Shown: in pieces, positions 10,445 to 17,858 of the stretch | Layout: the number at the start of each line of letters is the position of its first letter | Position numbering within the stretch: position 1 is the first letter of the stretch | DNA from: Delftia acidovorans NBRC 14950 | Lineage (GTDB): Bacteria; Pseudomonadota; Gammaproteobacteria; Burkholderiales; Burkholderiaceae_C | Reading direction: 5' to 3' | DNA: 32,000 bases | NCBI RefSeq assembly: GCF_001598795.1 | Contig: NZ_BCZP01000009.1 | Location: forward strand, 240,001 to 272,000 | Notes under the pieces: generated by a model | The model's input: only the letters and a program-made list of their open reading frames with translations | Database searches by the model: none | What the model was told of the DNA's origin: nothing | Made by a program: the position numbers and the translations under genes

Positions 10445-11019
10445 TGCATGCACTCTCTCAGGGCACGCAGTCCGCGTTGAACCCAGGCCTTGACCGTACC
10501 AAGCGGCGCCTGCACACGCGCCGCAATTTCGCTGTGGCTGCAGCCGTCCACGTAGGCGTGCAACAGGCAGGCGCGGCGCTCGGGCTCCAGCCGGTCGAGG
10601 CAGTCGCCAAGACGACCCAGCGTCGCCTGCCGCTCCCATTCACTGCCGCCTTCCTTCCAGGCCAAAAGTGCGGCCTGGGCGTCATGCGCTTCATGGGCCG
10701 TTTCATCCAGCACGGTTTCGCGTGCGCCATCCCGTACACGGTTGAGGGCGGCGTGCCGCACCACGCTGTAGATCCACCCTCGACCACTTCCGCGATTGCC
10801 GTCGAAGGTGGATGAGCGGTTCCAGATGGAGACAAACGCATCGTGCAGCACGTCTTCCGCAGCGGCGCGCTCGCGGACGATGCGCAGTGCCACGCCGAGG
10901 AGAAAGCGCGCCTCGGCCTCATAAATCCGCTGCAAAGCATCGCGTTCGCCGCGTGCACATGCATGCAATGCTGCGTCATGGTCGAAAGCTTCGTTGTTCT
11001 GGGAGGCAGCGGGCGGCAC
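10441..11019 (-). CDS. ECF (extracytoplasmic function) sigma-70 family factor
   Basis: 192 aa. Region 2 reads DVLHDAFVSIWNRSSTFD...WIYSVVRHAALNRVR. Region 4 reads CLLHAYVDGCSHSEIAARVQAPLGTVKAWVQRGLRALRE. The only in-frame start near the N-terminus is GTG at 11019 and there is no clear SD, so the exact start is uncertain. Confidence 0.88.
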   Translation of the reverse strand: MPPAASQNNEAFDHDAALHACARGERDALQRIYEAEARFLLGVALRIVRERAAAEDVLHDAFVSIWNRSSTFDGNRGSGRGWIYSVVRHAALNRVRDGARETVLDETAHEAHDAQAALLAWKEGGSEWERQATLGRLGDCLDRLEPERRACLLHAYVDGCSHSEIAARVQAPLGTVKAWVQRGLRALRECMQ

Positions 11020-11084
11020 GAAATGGAGCGAAGGGGGCGTTGCAGGAAATCCTTCGCCCAGTGTATCCGCGCCGCTGCCGGCTC

Positions 11085-11657
11085 TTACATGGGCTTCCAG
11101 AAGATGTAGTCGGCCTGGTACTTCACGGTGGTCTTCTGGCCCTTGTTGGCGGCCATGCAGGGCTTGTCAGCCGGCGCCACTCCACCCTGGAGCGCCACGC
11201 GCTGGATGTAGCTCACACCCTCCAGCGCGCCGCTGCCCATGGCTGGGTTTGCCTTCACCAGCTGGTAAGGCAGATTGCCTGCGCCGGACGGCGCCACAGC
11301 CAGCTGGGTGGCGGTGAGTTTGGAGCCGTCGTTGGCCTCCCAGGTTGCGGGGGGACCGTAGTAGCGGCCCACTTGTTTGCCCATGCGGTCCTTCAGCACA
11401 GCATCGGGTCCCACAAAGACCCATTCCGTCTGGCCAGGCGCGTTGGCCTTGTCGCGGCACTCGTAGGTGATGTCACCGCTGCCTACGGTCTCCCACGCGA
11501 CCTTGTTCCCTGCAGGAACCTGGATGGGGGCGGGCAGCGATGCCTGGGAGAAAGTGCTGGCCGGCTTGTGCATCGAGCCACAGGCAGCGAGCAGGGCCGC
11601 TGTGGCTACAGCGAAAGAAACGGCGGCGGTGCGGGATGCGGAACGAGAGGTCAACAT
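11085..11657 (-). CDS. DUF3455-family secreted lipoprotein
   Basis: Start MLTSRSASRTAAVSFAVATAALLAACGS carries a lipobox (LAAC), with GGAGA 7 nt upstream. The mature part has VPAGNKVAWETVGSGDITYEC...WVFVGPDAVL...GRYYGPPATWEANDGS...YIQRV, as I remember for DUF3455 proteins that sit next to SigK-type ECF pairs. Confidence 0.72.
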   Translation of the reverse strand: MLTSRSASRTAAVSFAVATAALLAACGSMHKPASTFSQASLPAPIQVPAGNKVAWETVGSGDITYECRDKANAPGQTEWVFVGPDAVLKDRMGKQVGRYYGPPATWEANDGSKLTATQLAVAPSGAGNLPYQLVKANPAMGSGALEGVSYIQRVALQGGVAPADKPCMAANKGQKTTVKYQADYIFWKPM

Positions 11658-11987
11658 TGCGATTCTCCAAACAGTTTTGTGAAGGGGACTGAAGCAGCGC
11701 ATTTTTGGGCTGCTGCTGGTACTACCCGCCATCGCATCGTTTGGATGCACCCCATGCAAAAATATTTTCGACAAATGCCAGCGCCAGACTCCATCAGACT
11801 GCGGTTGGTGACATTCTTGACCTGCAGCACCCGGGCCACCTCTCCCGAGGCGCGCGGCTCCCAGTAGGCCACGCGGCCGGTGAGCCAGGGCAGGGGAGAG
11901 AACTTGACGCCTGCTTCCCAACCATCATTGATGGAGGGCCTGAGGTTGCGATCCTGCGTGCGGCAGGCGTCGATGCCCGAGCCGATC

Positions 11988-12935
11988 TCAAAGATGGGCG
12001 AGCATGTCCTTTGACGGAACGAAGAAGGCAATGCCTGTCACCGCCGCCGAGAAGTCAAGGATGCGGTCATGGAGCGGGGGCGGGCTTCCGATGAACATCC
12101 GTTCGAGCATCTGCTCGATCACCCACAAGTGCCTGGAATAACCGATGAAATAGGTCCCGTACTCCTTGAGTGCAGGCCTCGCGAAGGGCATGTTGTCTCG
12201 CAGGATGTCGTGCTCGACGCCGTCCTGCGTGATGGTGCACAGCGTCTTGTGTGACTTCTGTTCCGCCTCCGAGGCATCGGGAAGCTCGGTGTTGGTGAAC
12301 TTCTTTCGTCCAATGATCTGCTCCTGGGCTTCGGTGCTCAGGCTTTTCCATGCCGGGAGGTCGTGGAGGTACTTCTGTACAACGACATAGCTTCCGCCCG
12401 CATGTTCAGGATCTTCCTCGCCCACTATCGTTGAGGCCGGCAGCGCCAGGCCGACTGGATTCGCCGTGCCATCGACAAAATCCAGCAGGTCGCGTCCGTC
12501 GAAGTACCGGAATCCGGCGACCTCATCCATGTCCGCGACTGTCCCTTCCAGGGCCTCCAGGAGCATCTGCTCGAACGCCACGATGAGATCCATGGACCTG
12601 GCGCGGATGTGGAACAGCAGGTCCCCCGAAGTAGAGACTGCCACATGGGTGGCGCCCCGGATTTCGCGGAATGGATGGAGCTCGGCTGGAAGCGGGGTAC
12701 CGACAAGCGGACCCCACACATCGGCACCGATGCCCACGTTGCAGGTAAAGGTCCCGGTCACGTCCCGTACAAGGACGTTCTTGATCAGGCCGTCCAGATC
12801 GCCGAGCACGGATCGCACGGTGGAGAGGGACGCTGCGTCTCTTGCAACGGTCAGGACCAGGAAGGATGCGGCGATCGACAGCGCTGCATCAATTTGCTGG
12901 GGCTCGGCCTGGCGCGGGATCGTAGGTGTGGTCAT
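11988..12935 (-). CDS. Dye-decolorizing (DyP-type) haem peroxidase
   Basis: 315 aa with FRYFDGRDLLDFVDGTANP (GxxDG motif), GGSYVVVQKY, GRKKFTNTEL, ILRDNMPF and GTYFIGYSR. There is no signal peptide. GC content is visibly lower than in flanking genes. Confidence 0.9.
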   Translation of the reverse strand: MTTPTIPRQAEPQQIDAALSIAASFLVLTVARDAASLSTVRSVLGDLDGLIKNVLVRDVTGTFTCNVGIGADVWGPLVGTPLPAELHPFREIRGATHVAVSTSGDLLFHIRARSMDLIVAFEQMLLEALEGTVADMDEVAGFRYFDGRDLLDFVDGTANPVGLALPASTIVGEEDPEHAGGSYVVVQKYLHDLPAWKSLSTEAQEQIIGRKKFTNTELPDASEAEQKSHKTLCTITQDGVEHDILRDNMPFARPALKEYGTYFIGYSRHLWVIEQMLERMFIGSPPPLHDRILDFSAAVTGIAFFVPSKDMLAHL

Positions 12936-12986
12936 TGGAAGTACCGGCAGATGGACGAGATGGGCGTCAGGGATGGCGCATTATCT

Positions 12987-13013
12987 GGCCCAACCGGCCC
13001 AACCGGCCCAACC
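12987..13013. repeat. Tandem 9-mer (ggcccaacc) x3 plus a partial fourth unit
   Basis: Read directly: ggcccaacc ggcccaacc ggcccaacc ggcacc. It lies 52 nt upstream of the DyP start codon (minus strand), in intergenic DNA. Confidence 0.85.
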
Positions 13014-13029
13014 GGCACCAGGAGCAACA

Positions 13030-13350
13030 TCACGGACGGTTTCGCCAGATCCTCACTCCCATTTTTTCGGCATCTTCCCGGTACTCCTGGATTTTCTGCT
13101 TCAGGTACTCCTGCAGCGGCCTGCCGACCAGGGAGTAGGGGTACAGGTCGAAGTTCTCCAGAAGTGCCATATAGCCAGGAAGGCCCATCGCCTTTTGCAA
13201 GGTCTCGGACCAGTAGCGTATTGCCGATGGAGGCGTGCCTGCCGCCATATAGAGACCCCTGACGGTCATCTGGGTCACATCGACGCCTTGCTCCGTTGCG
13301 GTCGGGATGTGCGCGAGTTTTCCGGGTACGCGGATAATCGCATCGGGATT
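13030..13350 (-). pseudogene. C-terminal fragment of a Bug/TctC-family periplasmic tricarboxylate-binding protein
   Basis: The in-frame translation PDAIIRVPGKLAHIPTATEQGVDVTQMTVRGLYMAAGTPPSAIRYWSETLQKAM...LQEYLKQKIQEYREDAEKMG matches the last ~105 aa of Bug proteins (...PT..EqG......w.G...p.GTP...). An in-frame stop at 13351-13353 removes the rest. Degraded upstream pieces may extend to about 13600. Confidence 0.6.
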
Positions 13351-13665
13351 TCAAGAGTAAATCATGCGGTGCGAAGTGTTCGATTTACGGCTGACTGCAT
13401 CGACGCATCCCTGTACCGTGCGCGGCCATGGATACACCGTCGTTTCGCAGCCAGCACATGCCAGTTCGCCCTTCCCAGGAGCTCCCGTTCTTAGGGCGTG
13501 ATCCGCTGGACCATGGCTGTGCGATCGCTGGGCTATGTCGAGTAACGTCTGCATGGTCGCCCTCTGCGCTAGCAGAACTTCGCCAGCCACGACGGTCAGC
13601 CATTGCCGAAGTAGTTCAGTTACGGTCGGTGAACTTAGCCTTCACGTCTTACGTGACTGAGCGGG

Positions 13666-14202
13666 TCAAGCACGAGCACTTATAACCAGCGCTTCAAGAT
13701 CAAGTAGAAATGACCTGATTTGTGACTCGTTCTCGGGTAGGCATAGAAACTTCACTGCGTCTTCCGGGGATTTCCCAATGAGCGGGATACGCAAAAACAG
13801 ATGTTCAAGAAAATTGCTGCTTACGGTCGAAAGTACCAGCCTCAGCGAAGCCAACATATCGTCACCTCGGTGCGATGCATGTACCAAGGCAATCGGCTTG
13901 CCGATCACTTCGACGCGTGAAACCAACCAGTCGATTGCATTCTTGAGGCCGCCGGGAATTGCACGGATGTATTCGGGGCTCGAGATGATGATGCAATCGT
14001 GTGCGCAGACAATTTCCAGGAATTCACGCACGGCCATGGGCGTTCTCTCCCCTTGCGCATCCGGCGAGAAAACGGGTAGTGCCTGGAGACCATGAAAAAC
14101 TGAGACATCAATGCCCAGCGGCGCCAGGTTTTTCATGGTTTGCAACAACGTCGTATTCGTGGATGCTTCGCGCGTACTGCCTGAAATAGCCAGGATTTTC
14201 AT
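13666..14202 (-). CDS. NADPH-dependent FMN reductase family flavoprotein
   Basis: MKILAISGSTREASTNTTLL...IIISSPEYIRAIPGGLKNAIDWL is the classic FMN_red pattern. AAAGAGGA lies upstream. The gene is markedly AT-richer than its neighbours. Its ATG overlaps the stop of the upstream MFS gene (ATGA at 14199-14202). Confidence 0.85.
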   Translation of the reverse strand: MKILAISGSTREASTNTTLLQTMKNLAPLGIDVSVFHGLQALPVFSPDAQGERTPMAVREFLEIVCAHDCIIISSPEYIRAIPGGLKNAIDWLVSRVEVIGKPIALVHASHRGDDMLASLRLVLSTVSSNFLEHLFLRIPLIGKSPEDAVKFLCLPENESQIRSFLLDLEALVISARA

Positions 14203-15398
14203 GATGTCCTCTTTGCTTGCCAAGCATCGGCCATGCCGGGCCGGCGTCCGGACCATGGCAGGCAGGCGCACAGCGCGATCAGGCCCAGCACCAATACCGC
14301 GCCTCCAAGCACGCCGAGGCCCGTACCGAAGGCCGCGCTCACGCCCATCGCCACCAGCGCTGCGCTGCCGATCTGACAGAACCCGACCAGCCCCGATGCA
14401 GTGGCCGCATGCCCGTGTTCGCTGGCGATGGCCCCGGACACGCCCAGCGACAGCGACGAGCCATTGGAGAGACTGACCAAGCACATCGGCAGCACCACGG
14501 CTGCCGCGCCCTGCAGCCCCGATTCCACCACGGCCGCGAATGCCACGCCGCCAAGCACGAAGCACACGACGCCGGCAAAGAGGATGCGGTCGTAGGGCCA
14601 GCGATCAAGCAGCTGCCTGGCAAGCAGGTTCGCGCCGATGATGCCCGCCGTCAGCGGCAGGTACAGCCAGCCGCTTTGTTCCTCGCTCAGCCCTTGGCGC
14701 GCAAAAAGAAACGGCGACTGGGTCAGGTAGACGAACCAGGCGCAATAGATCGCGCAGACCACCAGCGTATAGCGGCGAAAAATCCGGTCCCGCAGAACAT
14801 GACTGAAGCCAGCAAAGGGCGCGGTGCGGGTACGGGCGGCAGAGGGAAGCGTTTCCGGCAGCCACTTCATCACCATCAGCAGAGCCACGACGCCAAACGC
14901 AGCGACGAACAGGAAGTCAGACCGCCAGCCGAAAGCCGCAGCCAGGTGCCCGCCGATGGCAGGCGCCAGGGCGGGCGACAGCGACACCAGCGGGTAGATC
15001 ACCGCATAGACCTTGGCAGAGGTACGTTTGTCGCAGGTGTCGGCGATCAGTGCCCGGCCCACGACCAGGCCCGCAGCCGCGCCGACCGCTTGCAGCATGC
15101 GCCACGCCAGGAAACCGTTGTAGCTGGCGGAGATGGCGCAGCCCACCGAGCCGACGATGTAGAGAGCGATGCCAGCCAGCAGCACGGGCTTGCGGCCATT
15201 GCGATCCGACAGCGGGCCGTAGGCCAGCTGGGCAATTGCCAGTGCCAGCAGGTAGAACGAGACGGTCTGCGGCATCTGCCAGTCGGCAACGCCAAACTCC
15301 GTGGCCATGCCCGGCATGGCGGGCAGATAGACGTCCGACGCGATCAGGCCGAAGGCACTGAGCATGGCGACGGTCAAGGTGAAAGATAAGCGAGGCAT
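14199..15398 (-). CDS. MFS efflux transporter, Bcr/CflA drug-resistance subfamily
   Basis: SDVYLPAMPGMATEFG, LAYGPLSDRNGRKPVLLAG and 12-TM hydrophobic periodicity. The start at 15398 (MPRLSF...) is preferred, with an alternative ATG at 15461. Confidence 0.85.
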   Translation of the reverse strand: MPRLSFTLTVAMLSAFGLIASDVYLPAMPGMATEFGVADWQMPQTVSFYLLALAIAQLAYGPLSDRNGRKPVLLAGIALYIVGSVGCAISASYNGFLAWRMLQAVGAAAGLVVGRALIADTCDKRTSAKVYAVIYPLVSLSPALAPAIGGHLAAAFGWRSDFLFVAAFGVVALLMVMKWLPETLPSAARTRTAPFAGFSHVLRDRIFRRYTLVVCAIYCAWFVYLTQSPFLFARQGLSEEQSGWLYLPLTAGIIGANLLARQLLDRWPYDRILFAGVVCFVLGGVAFAAVVESGLQGAAAVVLPMCLVSLSNGSSLSLGVSGAIASEHGHAATASGLVGFCQIGSAALVAMGVSAAFGTGLGVLGGAVLVLGLIALCACLPWSGRRPGMADAWQAKRTS

Positions 15399-15499
15399 GG
15401 CAGTTCCTGGCAGCCAGGCGAACGGGCTGCGCGTCAAGGGTTCAGAAGGGATGAGCGCCATGCTACGGAGCTGCCTTCAATGTGAAAATGCACAAAATA

Positions 15500-15514
15500 G
15501 CAGCCTATAGCTGC
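15500..15514. promoter_or_regulatory. Candidate LysR-type operator dyad in the divergent MFS/LysR promoter region
   Basis: gcagc-ctata-gctgc is a perfect 5-bp dyad inside a larger imperfect palindrome (aaatagcagcctatagctgcatattt). It lies 30 nt upstream of the LysR ATG in an AT-richer spacer. No binding data are available. Confidence 0.3.
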
Positions 15515-15543
15515 ATATTTGCAGTACGAGCAATGGGGCAGCG

Positions 15544-16413
15544 ATGAATTGGGATGACGTGCGGATATTCCTGGCAATCCACCGTGCAGGCACCCTGCGT
15601 GGGGCGGCTCAGCAACTGGCCATCGACCAGACCACGGTGGGCCGGCGCCTGGCCGGGCTGGAGCGGTCGCTGGGCAGCCGGCTGTTCCTGCGCACCACGG
15701 GCGGCCTGGTGCTGGCCGGAACCGGCCAGGAAGTGCTGCGCATGGCCGAAGACATGGAGCGCATGGCCGTCTCCTTCGAGCGCCGCGGCGAAGGTGCCGA
15801 TGCGCGTGTGGCCGGGGAGGTGCGTGTGACCACCACCGACGCCTTGGCGGTGGATTTCGTGGTTCCCGCCCTCGAACACCTGCGTGCCCGCCATCCCGAG
15901 GTGCGGGTGATCCTGAGCACCACGAGGCGCCAGCTCGATCTAGCGCGACGGGAAGCCGACATTGCTGTCCGCACCCTGCGGCCGGAGCAACCGGACCTGA
16001 TCGTTCGCCAACTCGGCTGCTGGGAAGTGGGCTTGTACGCTACCGAAGGCTATCTGGCAAAAAATGGGGAACCGCAGCCCGGAAAAGGCTTTGCAGACCA
16101 CGACATCGCGCTCTACCAGGAGGGTGTGACCGGCCGGCAGGACGACACGCTGGCAGGTGAATCCAGGGCACAGGGTCGCATAGTTGCCGAACTGGATTCG
16201 AGCCTGATGCTTGCGACCTTCGTGCGCGCTGGCCTGGCCCTAGGCGAATTACCCGAATACGTGGCCCGACGCGACCCCACGCTGGTCAGGATGTGGCCGC
16301 AGTGCCAGCGGGCCAAGCCCTACGAGGCGTGGTTGGTGTTGCACCAGGACCTGGCGCGCACGGCCAGGGTGCGTGTCGTAGTGGAGTCGATCACCGCGGC
16401 TTTCGGCGATTGA
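15544..16413 (+). CDS. LysR-family transcriptional regulator (divergent from the MFS pump)
   Basis: MNWDDVRIFLAIHRAGTLRGAAQQLAIDQTTVGRRLAGLERSLGSRLFLR is a canonical LysR wHTH. A substrate-binding domain follows. Confidence 0.9.
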   Translation: MNWDDVRIFLAIHRAGTLRGAAQQLAIDQTTVGRRLAGLERSLGSRLFLRTTGGLVLAGTGQEVLRMAEDMERMAVSFERRGEGADARVAGEVRVTTTDALAVDFVVPALEHLRARHPEVRVILSTTRRQLDLARREADIAVRTLRPEQPDLIVRQLGCWEVGLYATEGYLAKNGEPQPGKGFADHDIALYQEGVTGRQDDTLAGESRAQGRIVAELDSSLMLATFVRAGLALGELPEYVARRDPTLVRMWPQCQRAKPYEAWLVLHQDLARTARVRVVVESITAAFGD

Positions 16414-16526
16414 AAGGCAGACATGTGCAAGCCACATATTTGATTTGGGTGGCGACGGCCGAGAGGCGATAAGGACGAGCAGCGTTTCATCTTCGAACAA
16501 TGAACTGAGCTGCGGGCAGTTCAGAT

Positions 16527-17655
16527 GTGAGCACCGAGGTGAGTGCTACGACCTTGGTCGTGGCCAAGCGCTTGGCGGATTCGGTGCGCGAATGGATCAA
16601 GCGCAATGAGTCCGATGAGGCTGTACCAGGGGACTCGAAGAACGATCGGCTATTCGACACCTGGCAGGACCATGGCGTCATCGACCTGAACCCGGCTACC
16701 GGGCAGGCTATCTGGCATGTGACAGTGCAAGGAGAGGCATCCGAAGCTGCGGCAGATCGAGGAGGTTATGAGCACGACCTGGCCATGCTGCGATTTCCCT
16801 TGGCCAAGGTCTTTTCGCACGAGAGCAAGTATCCGGCGCCCATGCAAGGCAGATTGGTCCTGCGGCAAAAACGCAAGGATGAGGCCGGTGAGGGCGCTGC
16901 CTCACAGCAGGCCGTGCAGCTGCAGATTCCTGCGGCAGGTTCTGGTGGTAAGGAGGATGCGGCAGGCCATGCACCCGAAGTTGCAGCATTACCAGCCAGT
17001 GCTCGCGCGCCTGCAGCTGCTCCCAAGGTGCCCAGCAAGCAGGAATTGAAGCTTGCGGCAGTCATGCGTGAACCGGCATTCAGGGCGCCACCTGGTACGG
17101 CAAAGCGGCCTGCGGCGAAATCCGAACGCGGAACCGGCGATGCGACCGAAGAAAGGCCCACGGCCGCCGAAGCCGGCGCGGGCCAGGGAGGAGGGCGGTG
17201 CGATGCGCGAGCAATCATCGGAAGCTGCCGCAGGCCTGGACGAGGCCCCGGCTTCGCCAGAGCCTCCAGCACCGCCTACCGCCCAAATTCTTTCATCCGA
17301 AACTGCCGCAATACCCACTGAGGCGGCCATGACACGCACGCCTGTATCCGCGGCAACGAAGCGCCATATGAGCGTAGCTGCGGAGTTTCGGAGCTTGAGC
17401 GACGAACTCGATGACTTGCCACCGGTCGTGGTGCGTTCCAGGACGGAGCCGCAGGCTTCACGCGCGGATGAGCCCCAGCCGGTGCTGCTCTTGCAGCAAC
17501 GACTCAAGATCGAAGGCCAGGAAAGGCCTGCGCACGAGCCCAGCGAGTTGGCGTTGGACTTCATGCGGTGGGTACAGCAGGGCTTGGTCGATCGTGCGTG
17601 GTTCTGGTGGAGCTTGGTCTGGAGTGGCTTGCGCAATCCTCATCAGGTGTTCTGA
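16527..17655 (+). pseudogene. Remnant of an ICE relaxase (MOBH / PFL_4751-type TraI): N-terminally truncated, frameshifted, C-terminally truncated
   Basis: Two overlapping ORFs in frames 0 and +1 (16527-17321 and 17053-17655). The first has ...LFDTWQDHGVIDLNPATGQAIWHVTV...LAMLRFPLAKVF. From memory this resembles the region after the HD domain of ICEclc/PFGI-1-type TraI (...VLQDHG.L.P..DGKAIW..TV...). An Ala/Pro/Glu-rich linker follows. The second ORF ends with LALDFMRWVQQGLVDR, which resembles the very start of the TraI_2_C domain, then terminates. The only start is GTG. The HD-domain part is absent. Confidence 0.5.
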
Positions 17656-17826
17656 AAGCTTAGCGCTGGAGTCAACGAAGAAACTTCTGAACATAACGTC
17701 CGCATAGTTGGTGAATGCTACCGATATGAGTCGCTTTAAAGCTCACTTTTCTGGCCGTCATTTGATTGATACGATGTATATTATGTTAAATAACAAACGC
17801 AGATAACGGCCTGAAAACCAAGTCAT

Positions 17827-17843
17827 GGCACTCCTCCAGTGCC
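17827..17843 (-). terminator. Possible intrinsic terminator downstream of the ATPase gene (could act bidirectionally)
   Basis: ggcact-cctcc-agtgcc is a 6-bp stem. On the minus strand it is followed by atgacttggttttc, and on the plus strand by ttgcctgcttcgttttc. It lies 16 nt after the stop codon of the 732-aa gene, at the edge of an AT-rich spacer. The stem is short. Confidence 0.35.
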
Positions 17844-17858
17844 TTGCCTGCTTCGTTT

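Noticed and set aside
11658-11800. Looked for an ECF-type promoter (GGAAC-like -35, CGT-like -10) upstream of the DUF3455 gene, and also in 11020-11084.
   Set aside because: I could not recognise a convincing motif by eye, and I do not reliably remember the group-specific consensus. No feature is reported.
12987-13013. Checked whether the short direct repeats here, or elsewhere in the window, could be a CRISPR array.
   Set aside because: The units are 9 bp with no spacers and only about 3.5 copies. No repeat-spacer periodicity of 25-40 bp and no cas genes occur anywhere in the window.
13351-13685. Small ORFs 13351-13590(-), 13385-13603(-) and 13428-13685(+), considered as possible genes.
   Set aside because: They have no RBS and no recognisable motifs, they overlap one another, and they lie in a region that looks like degraded Bug-gene debris. 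They are probably non-coding.
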